A stretch of DNA of 63,659 nt, taken from the IMG/VR virus record IMGVR_UViG_3300015607_003969, positions 62,001 to 125,659 of that record. One strand, written 5' to 3'. The notes beneath the pieces were generated by a model. It worked only from the letters and a program-made list of their open reading frames with translations. It was not told the origin of the DNA and made no database searches. This DNA comes from an uncultured virus (IMG/VR IMGVR_UViG_3300015607_003969) (lineage: Duplodnaviria; Heunggongvirae; Uroviricota; Caudoviricetes). Shown piece after piece: positions 40,514 through 52,400 of the stretch (position 1 is its first letter; every line of letters starts with the position of its first letter). A program made the translations under genes and the position numbers.

Positions 40514-41648
40514 GGGGCTCGGTCTTGCTCGCGATCGCGCTTTTGCTGTCGAACCCCCTGATCTGGTACTGAGTATCGAACGCCGCCGCGAGGGTCTCCG
40601 CAGCGAACTTGTTGAAGAAGGCCATCCTGCGGATAACGTTGTCCCTGCGACCGTCCCCCGAGTCCTTGGTCAGCAGGGTCGTCTCCCGCACCTCCGCGTA
40701 CTTGGAGCTGTCCAGGCCGATAGGGGGCATGTACGTCTTGGTGGGCAGAGGGTGGAGCTTCATATGGCGCAGCATGTCCGCCACCTTGCCACCGCGATAC
40801 TCCCGGGTCCGGTTTCCGAAAAGACGGACCAGGACTCCGGGAGTGTCCTGGGTCTGGGTCAGCTTGTCGATCTGGTCCGCGAGCTCGTTGGCCGTGAACC
40901 AGTCCGCGCCCTTCAAGGCCACAGGAGCCGCGATCTGCCCTTCTCCCACGGAGATTCTGCTGGGGTCCACGGACACCCCGCTGTCCTCCACCGCCGGCTC
41001 AGGCTGGCTGAGGGGGAGCTCCATCTGGAGGGGAGCGGCCCTCCCCTTCGAGTGGGGCCTTGCGTGGGGCGGCAAGAGGGGGATCTTGAGGCCGCTGTAC
41101 TGGTTGATGGCGACGGTGAAGGCGTTCCTGGCCTCGGCCCAGCTCAGCTCCCCGGTCTCCAGGAGCCGGGTGAGGTGCTCCTTCAGCATGGTGAGGAAGT
41201 CGACGTGGTGGGGGAAGAGGTCAGGCAGCGCCGCGCGCTCGTTGAAGGTGTCGACCCTCTGGGTGGGGTGGTGGGCAGCGGCCACTAGCCCCTCACTAGC
41301 CTTCTTTTTGGCCTCGAAGTGCGCGCGGAGGGTGTTATTGCACCACACGTGGAAGGCCGGGGACAGGTACCGGCCGTAGGCCATGGCCAGGTGCCAGTGC
41401 GCCAGGGTGTAGGTCGCCGTGTTCCGGCTGACGCGCCAGTAGTGATCGATGGCCCGCTCTTCCGGGATGTTGTCCAGCGTGGCCAGGTGGCGGATGAACT
41501 CCGTCGTCCCGTTGACGCGGAACCAGTCCGCGGGGCGCTTGTTGGCCATGCTACCCGCTGCCCGCCACATCGCCGTGAGATCGACGAAGTCTCCGTCGAT
41601 CTCGATCGGCATGTCGTTGGGCTCGTACTTAAAAACGATCTTGTCCAT
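40476..41648 (-). CDS. KilA-N domain DNA-binding protein
   Basis: GDFVDLTAMWRAAG...KRPADWFR..GTTEFI...HWHLAMAYGRYLSPAFHVWC; AGGAG RBS. Confidence 0.85.
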   Translation of the reverse strand: MDKIVFKYEPNDMPIEIDGDFVDLTAMWRAAGSMANKRPADWFRVNGTTEFIRHLATLDNIPEERAIDHYWRVSRNTATYTLAHWHLAMAYGRYLSPAFHVWCNNTLRAHFEAKKKASEGLVAAAHHPTQRVDTFNERAALPDLFPHHVDFLTMLKEHLTRLLETGELSWAEARNAFTVAINQYSGLKIPLLPPHARPHSKGRAAPLQMELPLSQPEPAVEDSGVSVDPSRISVGEGQIAAPVALKGADWFTANELADQIDKLTQTQDTPGVLVRLFGNRTREYRGGKVADMLRHMKLHPLPTKTYMPPIGLDSSKYAEVRETTLLTKDSGDGRRDNVIRRMAFFNKFAAETLAAAFDTQYQIRGFDSKSAIASKTEPHADVPPVSGTAP

Positions 41649-41726
41649 GGTGTCTCCTGAAACGTAACAACCCGATCAGCCGTGGGGCTGACCGGGTTTG
41701 TCCTAGGGGCTGGGTCGAGGGCGAGG

Positions 41727-42470
41727 TAACTTGAACTTGTTGTACGCCTCCACGATGGCGGTCCGGTGTTTGCTGACCGTGGGCTCGTCCATGCCGAGCC
41801 TACGGGCGATGTCCCCCGTGCCCAGCACAGGGTTTGTCGGGTGGAAGAGGGTGTCGAACACCCGTTGGGTCTCTGGCTTGAGGTGCTCCCGAAGCAGAGG
41901 CAACACCTCGGAGTCCCGGGAGATGCGCCCGTGAACAGCGTCACTCTCGAAGGACCCTGAGGGGATGTCGGCCACGAGACGCCTGAGCACCCCCTGGACG
42001 CCCTTGGGGGTAAGTCCCGCCCGAGTAGCGATCTCCGAGTCGGTAGGCTTGCGGCCAAGCTCGTCCTGAAGGGATGCCTGGGCTCGCTGGACCTTGCCGA
42101 TGTTAGCCGCCACGTCCTCCGGGATCCGCGCCACGTTTTGCGAGCGGATCACATCACGCAGCGTACTCTGTAGCCGGTTCTGGACGTGAGTGTTCAGCCC
42201 GGCCTTGGTCGGGTCGTAGCTGTGCAGCGCGTTCACGAAATGAATCATCAGGCTGGCGTCTATCGCCTGGGGCATGAGCATCCTGGCGCCCCCCGAGTAG
42301 TCCCCACGCTTACGCTCCAGCAGGGGACGAAACTCGTTGATCAGGGGCTGAAGCTTCTCGGGGTCCTTGCCCGACGACAGCCACTCTGCGTGCAAACGTT
42401 TGTGGTAATCCCCCCTATCCTCAGCGAGCTTGGCGACCACAGCGTCAATGTTGGCATCTTTGGAACCCAT
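41727..42470 (-). CDS. Phage RNA polymerase sigma factor (sigma70 family, FliA/SigF-like)
   Basis: NALHSYDPTK (region 2), ARIPE...LQDELGRKPTDSEIA (region 3), DIARRLGMDEPTVS HTH; ends at TTA 41727-41729 (code-11 end 41703). Confidence 0.83.
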
Positions 42471-42512
42471 GGCCTTACTCCGCCCTCCTTGTTACCGACT
42501 TTCGCCTCTTCT

Positions 42513-42908
42513 TAAGAGGGAGCGGACCCGGCTGAGCAGGGAAGCCGTGCGCGTGACCATCGTGTCCGGGTTGCTGCCCGGGAGGAGGCTGCGGACGTTG
42601 TCCCGCTCCGAGGAGGCCGTAGCGTGGGCCTTCGGGAACAGCGTCTCCAGCTCGTGTAGGGTGTCGGCCAAGGTACGCTCCGCAGCGTCCGACATGGCTT
42701 CGTTGGGAGGGCGGTTGTTGGTGGCTCCCGGGGTATCATCCTCGGGCGCATCAGCGTGCTTGTGCTCCTCCTTCGGGCGATCCTTGCGGTCGATCCGGGC
42801 CAGGAGGGCCCTGGCCTTGTCGAGCGACTCCTGGGAAGGGGGCTGTTTCGGAGACTCCGCCCCTGCGGCAAGGCCGCGGATGGCGTCGGTAAGGGGGTTC
42901 AGGCTCAT
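42513..42908 (-). CDS. Hypothetical protein
   Basis: TGATG-coupled start; TTA 42513-42515 near the end (code-11 end 42492). Confidence 0.6.
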
Positions 42909-44200
42909 CAGATGCTGCCTTTCGAGGTTCCAGGTTGTACTTTACCAAACGTACGAGACTGCTGCGCTAGGGAGGGGCCTTCGAGGTTGGTCATCCTCGG
43001 CTCCCCGATCCTGCGGCTGCTGGCCAGGCGGGCTGCGGGGGTGTGTCCGCTAGGGATGAGGGCCGTAGCTATCTTGGCTGCCGTCTCGGCAGGAGCGGGT
43101 GCTTCGGCCTTGGCCAGGGCTGCGCGTAGCTGCTGGATCTCGGCACTCCGGTCCAGCTGATGGCGGAGCACGGGGACAAACCCGCTGGTGATGGCGCCCG
43201 TGATGGACTTGCCAGCCAGCCTACGCCCCGTGGCGAACAGATCCACCTTGTTGTTGGGGGTGTACTTCAACAGGGGGGACCCCTCGATCGCATCGCCGAT
43301 CAGGCTCGCAACAGGAACGACTGCGGCCCCTACCATGGCATAGCGGCCGAGCTGCTTAGCCTCAGGAGGGTCTTCCTCCATCTTCTGTAGACGCCCGAGG
43401 GACTTCTCCAGATCAGACTTGTCGGCTGCTGCCTTGGTGTGTCCCAAGTGTCCGAGGGTTGGAGAGGCGAGCATCGCCAAGCCTGCAAGCTCGCTCAGCG
43501 GACGGAGCCGATTGGGCTTCGCCTCCTCGTTCGGGTCTGGATGGGAGATGAGGTCAGCAGCGGCAGGCGCTGCCAGGATGCTGTACCCGCCCAGCAGCCG
43601 GCGGGTCGTGCTGGGGTCGCTGCGACCTCCAAGGTGTTCTCGGGCGACGCCTCCCGCCAACGTAGCAAGGCCGCCGACGTCGAGCAGGTGGTGGGTCCGG
43701 TCGCTCAGGATCTGCTTGTCCTCCCCACCTCGCAGGTGTGCCTGAATACGATCGGCCACGGGGACCGCCAGCGCACTCAAGCCGGCCAGGTTGATACCGT
43801 TGAGGATCTTGCTTCCGCCCCCGGCCAGGTGTGGGCCGCCCTGCCCCTGTAGCGTCTTTCTGTAGGCCGCCACGCTAGGGGCGGCCATGACAGCGAGACC
43901 GCCGAGGTCGAGGGCGTCCCTGCCCAGCTGACCTCCCACCGCGCTGGTAGGGTTGTCCTCTGGACTCATGCTCGCCTTCAGCTTATCTGCGCTGCTGAGG
44001 GCCATGGCGGACAGGCCAGCCAGGTCGGTCATGTGCTCAGCGGCCTGGCTGGCCAACCAGTTGTGCGCCAGCTTGAGCCCGCTTGGACGCTTGTAGAGCT
44101 CTGCCTTGTTGATGAGGTTCTCCACTCGGATGGGCCTACGCCCGCTACGACGCGTGGGCGCCAGGATAAGAGAGGCCTTGTTGAACACTTCAGGAGGCAT
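42908..44200 (-). CDS. Putative virion/ejection protein with hydrophobic helical repeats
   Basis: ATG 44200; six DLxGLxxLAxP-like repeats; KLA/KAA/KIA motifs. Confidence 0.65.
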   Translation of the reverse strand: MPPEVFNKASLILAPTRRSGRRPIRVENLINKAELYKRPSGLKLAHNWLASQAAEHMTDLAGLSAMALSSADKLKASMSPEDNPTSAVGGQLGRDALDLGGLAVMAAPSVAAYRKTLQGQGGPHLAGGGSKILNGINLAGLSALAVPVADRIQAHLRGGEDKQILSDRTHHLLDVGGLATLAGGVAREHLGGRSDPSTTRRLLGGYSILAAPAAADLISHPDPNEEAKPNRLRPLSELAGLAMLASPTLGHLGHTKAAADKSDLEKSLGRLQKMEEDPPEAKQLGRYAMVGAAVVPVASLIGDAIEGSPLLKYTPNNKVDLFATGRRLAGKSITGAITSGFVPVLRHQLDRSAEIQQLRAALAKAEAPAPAETAAKIATALIPSGHTPAARLASSRRIGEPRMTNLEGPSLAQQSRTFGKVQPGTSKGSI

Positions 44201-44201
44201 G

Positions 44202-47200
44202 TAACCCTCGGGTGGCGACAAATGTCAGCGCGTCAACGTAATCTCGCACGGCCTGGAACCTACGACCCCTAACATCATACTTTTTGCGGATGATGTCGTC
44301 AGACTTCGTGGCGCCCAGGACTTCGGTAATCTCGGGTGTGACCAGGCCAAAGGCGTCGTCATAAGGCCCGAAGGCCCTGGAGTGGAACCCCTCGATGCCG
44401 CGCAGCGCCTTGATGCCGCGCACATCAAGCTCAAGGTCGCTGGTGCCGAACATGTCTGGCAGGGATGCGATAGGCCTGTAGGTGAATGCGTCGGTGAAGG
44501 CCGACTGAGATAGGCCCCCCTGGATGATGTAGGAGTAGACCAGGAGCCAGTACCTGACCGCCTGTTCAACGCTGGAGTTGATGTCGAGGCTTAGCACAGC
44601 GGGGGAGATACCCTCCCGCTGGTCACCCTCCTTGTTCCCAGTTGCGTTGACAATGAACTGGTCCCGGGCCAGCTGCCCGGCAGACCCAACGCTGACCCCA
44701 TCCGGATCTCCGACCTGAGCCTTGTCCGTGATCGCGCCCGTCCGGAAGTAGTGCTGATATACCTCTCCGATGCTGGCCGGGTGCCAGCAGTCGTCCACCC
44801 AACCCGGGCGGATATACTCCTCTGCCGGCAGGTCTACGGTATCCCTGCGGTACCGAGGGATATCTTCGAAGATGAGGTAGCCCCGGAAGACGACCATCTT
44901 GTTGGCGCCGCGGTCGATAGCAAGCTTAGGGCTCACAGCACCTAGCCTCTCAGGCACACCTACGCGGGCTTCCCCGTCAAGGGAGGGGTCGCCCTTGCGT
45001 CGAGGCCCCGTGTAGATCGGAAAGGTACCCCCCGTTACCCCGGGTTCGTCCGTCACGTCGACAACCCGGGTAATGATGCCGTAAGCCGGGCCCAGGGCCC
45101 CCACCTTGGGCTTGACGTCCGCAGCGACGTACGTGTTGCGATGGGCATCCCCGCCCAAGCGCTTGAGGATGGTCTGGTCATCGGAGATGGCAGGTCCAAA
45201 GAACTCCGTGGACTCGTCATACTCGCGGGCGTACTGCACGCCCACGCTGGTCCGAGCCTCCTGGAAGCTCAGGCTGTGGGTGACCTGCGTAAAGCTTCCC
45301 AGGTAGTGGGTACCCAGAAGCTTGGCGATCTCCGTAGGGGTAGCGCCCTTGTCCCGCTGCCTCTGCTGGTACGCCTCGGCCTTCTCCATGTCGACATAGG
45401 TGTCGAGGATCAGTCCCGGGAATCCGGGCGCCAGGTAGGGGTTAAAGAAGCAGTTCACGGACAACTGCCGGGCCGCAAACTTCTGCTTGAAGTAGAGGTA
45501 GTTCGCCGAGCGCTGGGCCAGGCCGATCTTAGGTTGTTTGCCGTTAACCTTGCCGTCCCGGAGGGCGAAGATGTTGAGCTCACCCATCTTGGTGAACACA
45601 GGCAAGATCCCCGTGTAGAGCTCGTGCTCCATGATGTCACGCTCAAAGAGGGCCTGAAGCGTGCTCCTCTTCCCCTTCTGGGTACGGGCCCGGGGGGCGA
45701 AGAAGAAGGTGTCGAAGAGCTCGTCTTCCCCGAAGAACTCATCGTGCAGCTTGAGGAGTAGCCGGGTAGGCTCCTGCATGTCGACGCGCTGCGTCTGCAA
45801 GCTGTCGTACATGTTGGGGAAGATAACGTTGCACCTGGGCGGCGCCGCAAACCAGATGTCCGGGTGAAAGATGTGCGAGTTGAGTCTGGAGGGGGTTCGC
45901 GTCTTGGGGTCCGAGACGTCCACCTCCACGCTCTCCAGCTTCTTCAGGAGCACGCGGGCCTTGTTGAGCGCGACGACAAGCTTGTCCCTGTCGGGGGACT
46001 TCACAGCCCACCTTCCGCCCATCTTGCGGATCTGCTGTACGGCCGTACGGAGGAAGCCAATGGCGCTGACCATGGTCTGGTCCACCACCTTGTTCCTCTT
46101 GAGTACAGGGTCCTGCCTGGACAGGTTCCTGACCGTCTGGAGCGTGGTGAGGTACTTGCTCAACCTATCGGCAGCGGCCTTCCCTGCGGCCGCAGGCACG
46201 GAGGCGAAGCTCTCCTCCAGGTTGGAGGGCTCTGCTTTCGCGTGGACCTCCTCGCACATCTTCTGCCCCTCGATCGCCAACGTGTAGATCTTGTTGAATC
46301 GAGGTATGGCCGACAACGGCTTACGCTCTCGCCCCAGCGTGTCCCCCTTTGTTCCAGGGGAGAAGTAGGGGCTTGGGATAGAGCTGGTCTGGTGAAAGAT
46401 GATCGCCATCAGGGCGTTGAGGACCGTCCGGATGGATACCTGATCTCCCAGATTGCCCAGGGTGCGCCCGAACATGTCGTCGTACCCGCCGCCCAGCAGT
46501 CGACTTACCGTGCGATCCTTGGGCCAGGCGGTGAGCATCTGGCTGATGTGCAGCCGGAGCTCAGCCAGGCTGTAGAAGATGTTCTGGCCCTGAAACTTGT
46601 CGTCCTGGACGTAGCACCCGCCGATGGCCTCGATCATACGGATGAGGCCGCCGAGCATCCCCTTCAGGGCAGGGTAGTTGGCGCTGGGCAGGTGCAGCAA
46701 GGACGTTACGATCTCGCCTGGGCTGCTCAGGAAGTCCGTGAGCAGGTTGGTGCTGCCTCCGGAGAAGACCGCCTTCAAGCTAGGCCCGAAGAGGTCGGTG
46801 TTGTTGAACTGGTACGCATAGTCCCAGTAGTTCGATAGATCGAGGCACTGGAGGACCAAGCTCCTCGTCGTGGGCTGTTTGACGTACTGGCGTCCGATGA
46901 TCTCGCCGGCGAATAGAAGCTTGTATCTGCTGTTTCTCACGTCCTTCGAGAAGGCCGCATCGTTGCCGGAGTCGAACTCGTCTTCCGCGGCTCGCCTCTC
47001 CCTGGCCTGCTCATACACCGTAGGGTTCTCAGGCTTCGGGTTCTGAGAGTCCTTGCCCCGATACTGTCGAAGTTTGCTGGCGGGCTCGTTGTGGTCGAGA
47101 AAGAAGAGGTGAACCAGCGTCCTGGGCAGTAGCTTGGCGCCCAGGGCCGATGCCGGCATCTGTAGCGTGCATTGTGCCGGCGCATTGGGCTGCGCCGTTA

Positions 47201-47279
47201 TCTCCGCGGAGATAACCGGCACCTCGATGCCCTCCAGGAAGAGCCGGATCCTTGCTGGACGCCCTACGCCTACAGACAT
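44202..47279 (-). CDS. Putative baseplate hub-like protein
   Basis: About 1025 aa downstream of the tape measure; LLFAGEI...LVLQCLD, FNPYLAPGFPG...VTHSLS; ends TTA-c-ATG (code-11 end 44190). Confidence 0.68.
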
Positions 47280-47280
47280 G

Positions 47281-49149
47281 TCACTCCTTCAGGGTGCCCG
47301 CAGCGGTATGCACACCGAAGGCCCCCTTTCCCTGCACAGTGTCATCTTGCGCGTTAAGCGCGCCTACGGACCCCGAACCGCTGAAGAAGCTGCCGCCTGG
47401 CGTAGGCCCGTACGTGTACTTGAACTTGTAAAGCGGCTCCCCATCCGGCCCCTTGCCGCCGGTCACGCTGTAGGGCGACGTGCTTTCCTGGCCTCCAAAG
47501 GGGGACCCGTAGGGGGAGACGCCTTGCGTCCCGAACAAGTCTCCCTGGTCTTGGGCCTTCCCTCCGTACCCTGGACCGAACCCGCCCCCGAGAGCTCCGC
47601 CTGAAGATCCGCCTGCCTGGGGGGTGGTGCCCCATTGCTTGCTGTAGGTGTATCGAGAGCCAGCTCCAGGCACGCTGGGATCTGTCAGAGGATCCCTGCC
47701 GAAGGGGTCCGACTTATTCACACGAACCCCCTCGCCAGGTCTCCAGGAGACGAGACCTGTCTTGTACATGTTCTCTGCGGTGGGCTCCACGCCCAGGCTC
47801 TCCATCGCATTGGCCACGGTAGAGGGCAGGTCGTCCACCTCACCCCCGACTCGAACCCCTGTCCTCTCCTCGAAGATAGCAGCCGCCTGCTCCGGCAAGG
47901 TCCCCCGGTACTCATCGTAGTTGTCTACGATCCGACTCCTCAGCGGGAAGGTGCGCTTGGGCTCCAGGATCTGCCTGGCGCCTCCGGGAAACACAATCTT
48001 CTGCGCGCTCTCCACGAAGGTGGAAAGGTCCTGGCCCACGTAGGGGGTGCTGTAGAGGATCGCATTGCGCAGAGCGTCCGTAAGCGAGGGGGGGTCTACA
48101 CCGCCGCCTCGGTTGGACACAGCGTTCAGAGCGTCGATAGGGTGCCCCGAGGCAAGGAGCTTGGCGGCACCAATGGGGTCGCCCTGCTGTGACAGGTGCA
48201 GGGCCTTCTTGGCCTCCTCCCGGAAGCGTTGATTGGCCTGGTCCACGGTCTCGTTATCGCCACGGACAGCGCCCACAGCACCCTGGAAAAAGCTCTTGGC
48301 GAGGGGGATCAGGTTCTGCCCCTCCATGCCTACGCCGAGCTGGTCCAGCGCGTACTGCTTCTGAAGCCTCTGTGCCTCCTCGATGGACTGCACCTTGGCG
48401 ATCTCTTCCTGGATTTGCACAGCCCCCAGCTGCTTCAAGTACCTGATGAAGAGGGTCTGGGCTGCCACCTGGGGGCCCCCCTGAACCTCGAAAGCAAAGG
48501 TCCGATCGTCGCGCTCGTTCAGGTTCGCAGGCAGTACCGCGCTTTCATGGATAGGGAAGTAAGGATCCCCGATGGCGGACACGTTCGCGTAGTTGGTCAC
48601 GAACATACGGAACTGTAGCTGCACGATGTAGGGGGTGTCCGCGCTCTTAACGGCCGTGGCGTTGAGCGGGTACCCCTCGATGATGGTGTCATCGTAGTGC
48701 AGGTATGCTCGGGCCCCCGACTCCACGAGCTGGGTGCCGCGGAGGTACTTGTTGTAGTTCTCCCACCACTCCGCCTCCCAGTTGAAGTCGTTGGTGTTGA
48801 GGAGCAAGGCAGAGACGTCGATGAACCGGGGGGACTCCCCAAAGAAGAAGACGAGGGGGGAGGAGAAGGTTTCGATGATCTGCTGCCGCTCCATCCGAGC
48901 GTCCTGAACGCTCTGGAGGAGGAAATTGGCGTACCCCCGGCCCTCGCCCTCGGCCCAGGAGGAGTCCACCAGTTTGATCTCCGAGCCATCCGCCCGAACG
49001 ACCCGGAAGACAGCGTAAGTGTCCTCCTTCACCTCGATCCCCCGGTCAGGACGCCTGACGTTCTTCACCCCCGCCCGGCTGCGGTTATCCAGGCTCTTGC
49101 GGAAGCGCTGATCAAGGTCCTCGGTCACCAGCTCGAAGTAGACGGCCAT
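47281..49149 (-). CDS. Putative baseplate/tail-tube initiator-like protein
   Basis: NFLLQSVQ..RMERQQIIETF...FFFGESPR; lies between the tape measure and hub-like genes. Confidence 0.65.
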   Translation of the reverse strand: MAVYFELVTEDLDQRFRKSLDNRSRAGVKNVRRPDRGIEVKEDTYAVFRVVRADGSEIKLVDSSWAEGEGRGYANFLLQSVQDARMERQQIIETFSSPLVFFFGESPRFIDVSALLLNTNDFNWEAEWWENYNKYLRGTQLVESGARAYLHYDDTIIEGYPLNATAVKSADTPYIVQLQFRMFVTNYANVSAIGDPYFPIHESAVLPANLNERDDRTFAFEVQGGPQVAAQTLFIRYLKQLGAVQIQEEIAKVQSIEEAQRLQKQYALDQLGVGMEGQNLIPLAKSFFQGAVGAVRGDNETVDQANQRFREEAKKALHLSQQGDPIGAAKLLASGHPIDALNAVSNRGGGVDPPSLTDALRNAILYSTPYVGQDLSTFVESAQKIVFPGGARQILEPKRTFPLRSRIVDNYDEYRGTLPEQAAAIFEERTGVRVGGEVDDLPSTVANAMESLGVEPTAENMYKTGLVSWRPGEGVRVNKSDPFGRDPLTDPSVPGAGSRYTYSKQWGTTPQAGGSSGGALGGGFGPGYGGKAQDQGDLFGTQGVSPYGSPFGGQESTSPYSVTGGKGPDGEPLYKFKYTYGPTPGGSFFSGSGSVGALNAQDDTVQGKGAFGVHTAAGTLKE

Positions 49150-49153
49150 AGGG

Positions 49154-49471
49154 TCAGATCTCCAGGTTCCTCTTGATCAGGGGGTCAAGATCCGCCCTGC
49201 CCGGGGGGACGCCCCGGAAGGACTCTTCCCTGCGCCAGGACATGGCCGTGGCTCGGACATGGCTAAGAACGAGGTCTTCGGGCACACGCTTATCGTAAGC
49301 GATCAGCGTGTAAAGCTGCCCGTTCTTTTTGAACGAGATGCTCTTTGTCCTCCTGCCCGGGCCACACCCCTCGGCCACGAAGTCCGCGGGGTAGAGCGTT
49401 TGGGTCTGGGGGTCTTGTTCGAAGAGGTAGGGGTCGATCAGGGCCCCATCGGGCACGAACGGGTTACTCAT
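49154..49471 (-). CDS. Hypothetical protein (tail module)
   Basis: 105-aa ORF directly after the tape measure. Confidence 0.6.
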   Translation of the reverse strand: MSNPFVPDGALIDPYLFEQDPQTQTLYPADFVAEGCGPGRRTKSISFKKNGQLYTLIAYDKRVPEDLVLSHVRATAMSWRREESFRGVPPGRADLDPLIKRNLEI

Positions 49472-49472
49472 C

Positions 49473-52400
49473 TAACTGCCCTCCAGGCCTCGGGGCTCCA
49501 CCGGGAGTGGACTTGCTGGCCATGGTGGCGAGGTGGCCCACGGCCGTCTTCATGTTGCTCGCGATATCGTTGAGGTACTTGAGTTGGGGGTCGTTCATCT
49601 CGTTCTTCTTCTGGCGCTCCTCCTGCTTCTTCTGGAGCTCCGGGTCTCGCAGGGCATCGCTGATCAGCTTGGTACGCTTGCTGACGTCCTTCTCGTCCTG
49701 GATACCCTTGAACTTGGCCATCAGCTCAGCATCGCCCGCGGTGGCGGTCTTCAGGCGAGACTGGAGCGCGTCCAGCTTCTCGGAGTCAGCCGGGGTGGGC
49801 GGCCCCTTCTCGGTGATCTCGTCGATCTCCTTCTGGATCCCTGCTGCGGCATCCCCTAGGCCAAACTGCTCGCTCAGGTAGGAGGCGATCTTGCCACCCT
49901 TCATGAGGGCTTGAGCGTCCTGTTTGCCGACCTTCAACCCGAACAGATTGGCTACGCCGATGTCCCCCTTCCTCTGTAGGGTACGCTCCGTCCTGGAGCG
50001 GAACCCGGCCATCTGACCTAGCTGGTCGGCAAAGCCGAAGGCCCCCTCGGCACGAGCTGCGGAGGAGAGCTTCCGCTGGTCAGCGATGCTCATGTTCCAC
50101 ATCGCACTCTCAAGATCCCCACCCGCGGCTCCGATCTCCTGGATCTTGGCAGCGGTTTCCTTATCCGTCAGGCCAGGCGACATCCCGCTGGCCTGTAGGC
50201 TCACCAATCCGGCCATCTTCGACAGGACATCGGCGCCGCCTGCGCCCGCAGAGGCCTTTATCCTGTCCAGGGAGGCCTGATCGATGCCGCCACTGCTGTC
50301 CATGAACCCCACGCCCTGCATCCGCTGCTGCTGCGCAAGGGCACCTCTCCCATACATGCGAAGAGATTCACGCCGGTCGATGGCCTGTTGCTCCACCAGA
50401 GCCCTGCTAGCGTCCTGGATCATGCCGCGAGCTGTGCCGGCCCCCGCCCCATGCTCCTTCTCGATCGCCCGGATCTGGTCCTCGGTGAGGTCCTTTCCGG
50501 TCTTGCCCCGTTCGCGGATGGCGGCATTGGCTGCCATCATGCTGCGCAGCATGGCTTGCTGGCGTTTAACGCTCTCGTTGTCACCGGACATGCCGTTGAT
50601 ACGCTGCTGCAAGTCAGAGGATATATCTTCCCCCGAGAACATGCGCTGGCTCAGGCTCATACCTTCCTTGGACTTCAGAAAGGTGCCGATAGCCGCACCC
50701 TCTCCAGGGGATGCCGCGTAGCCCAAAGCCCCCATGGCCATGTTGGCCAGATAGCCCTGGCTCATGCCGATCGCCTTACCGACCTTCCCCAGGAGGCCCA
50801 TGGGGCTGGCTTCCAGGGCCATGTTCCCGTACTTGCCCAGGTGGCTGCCCACTTTCTGCTGGATCACGGTACCGATGCCTCCGAACAGCATCTCTCCGAT
50901 GGCGCCACCCTTGGCCACGTAGTCTCTACTGCCTCGCTCCCCTAGGGCCGCCTTGCCGTAGCTCTCGACGCGCTCACGCTCCGTCATGCCACTGCTGCCC
51001 ATCAACCCGAGCCCAGCGGGAAGCTGAGACACTGACCCGATCTTGGTGGCGTCGGCAAGGCCCATCCCCTTCTCAGCGGCTGCCAGGGCAGCGTAGGCCT
51101 GCTCGGTGTCTCCGCTGTTCAGCATCTTGAACAGGGCAGCGGCATCCTGGTTCCCCACGGACTCCTTGGCCAGGAGCTCCCGAACAGCGTTCATCCGGGC
51201 GTCCCCCTTCATGTTGACCGTCCCCGCGGCGTAGTTGGCGTTGAGCATGCCGGAGAGCTTGGCCCCGAGGGCGCTGGCCTCCTTGTTGCCGAAGTTGCTC
51301 ATACCCCGAGAGGCCGCCATCGCGCGCTCAACGCCTCGCTGCACACCTGCATCGCTGTCAGCGCCGGTGAAGAAGCTGCCGAAGCCCCCTGCCGCCACCT
51401 TATCCTGGATGGACTGGCCGAAGCCCGCGCCCATGAAGCTCATCTTCTTCGTGAAGGTGTCGTACGTCATGCCCCCACCCGTGTTGGAGGAGGAGACGGC
51501 GCCCAAGGACTTGGCAGCAGCGGAGATCCCGGGGCCTCCCGCTCCAAGCGCCGCCATGGCTTTCTTGTCCCCGTGCAAGACCTGCTGGTAGGTCTTGTCG
51601 ATGTCCCTGGACGCCTCCTGGATGATCATGCCCCCCTGCTTGGTGAGCCAGTCCTCGATGAACCCCGTGAGATCGGTGTACATCTGCTGACCCACTGCCT
51701 GGAGCTTGCCCGTGACCACCTCCCGAGTGTGCTCCATGCTCCGCTTGACCCCCTCCACACCAGAGGTCTTGCGGTAGGTCGCCATCTCCTGGCGGTACGC
51801 ATCAGTCATCTGCGTACGGTTTGACTGGTCCTGGATACGCGGCATGTCCCGCAGCATCTTCACCGCGTTCTCCAGCTCATCCATGCCGAGGCCAGTGTGC
51901 CGCTGCGCAAACAGCATCTCGCGGTCGTTCATGGTGTTCACGTCGATGCCCCGCTTGCCGGCCCACTGCATCAGGGCCATGGCAGGGATGTTCCCACCGA
52001 ACTGTTCGAGGGCAGCACCACGAAGACGGCCCTCGTTCCGGATGAAGTCGGCTCGACCAACCTTGTTCAGGTTGCTGTAGGCGTTCTGCATGGTGTCGCC
52101 CGTGCCCATATCACCGGACATCCAGGCGCTGACCGAGTTGGCGTCAAGCTTGCCGTCCGCCCCCGCGATGGAGGCCAGAAAGCGCCTACCCTTACCGTTC
52201 CTCAACCAGGCCGCAGAGTTCTGCATCTGGCTGGCGGCGAAGGCTTGCCTGCCCTCAGCCCCCCACATGCCCGTAGCGTTGTAGATGTCTTCCTCGTTGA
52301 GGACACCGGACTCCAACGATAGGCCGATCTGCCCCAGGGTGCGCATGCCTCCGAAGGCGCCTGCACGGCCCCTACCCCCCACAGCACGGCTGATCTGGGA

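Noticed and set aside
47197..47216. Perfect 20-bp palindrome gttatctccgcggagataac
   Set aside because: Lies inside a CDS, is not kept in the second copy of the motif, and has no other support.
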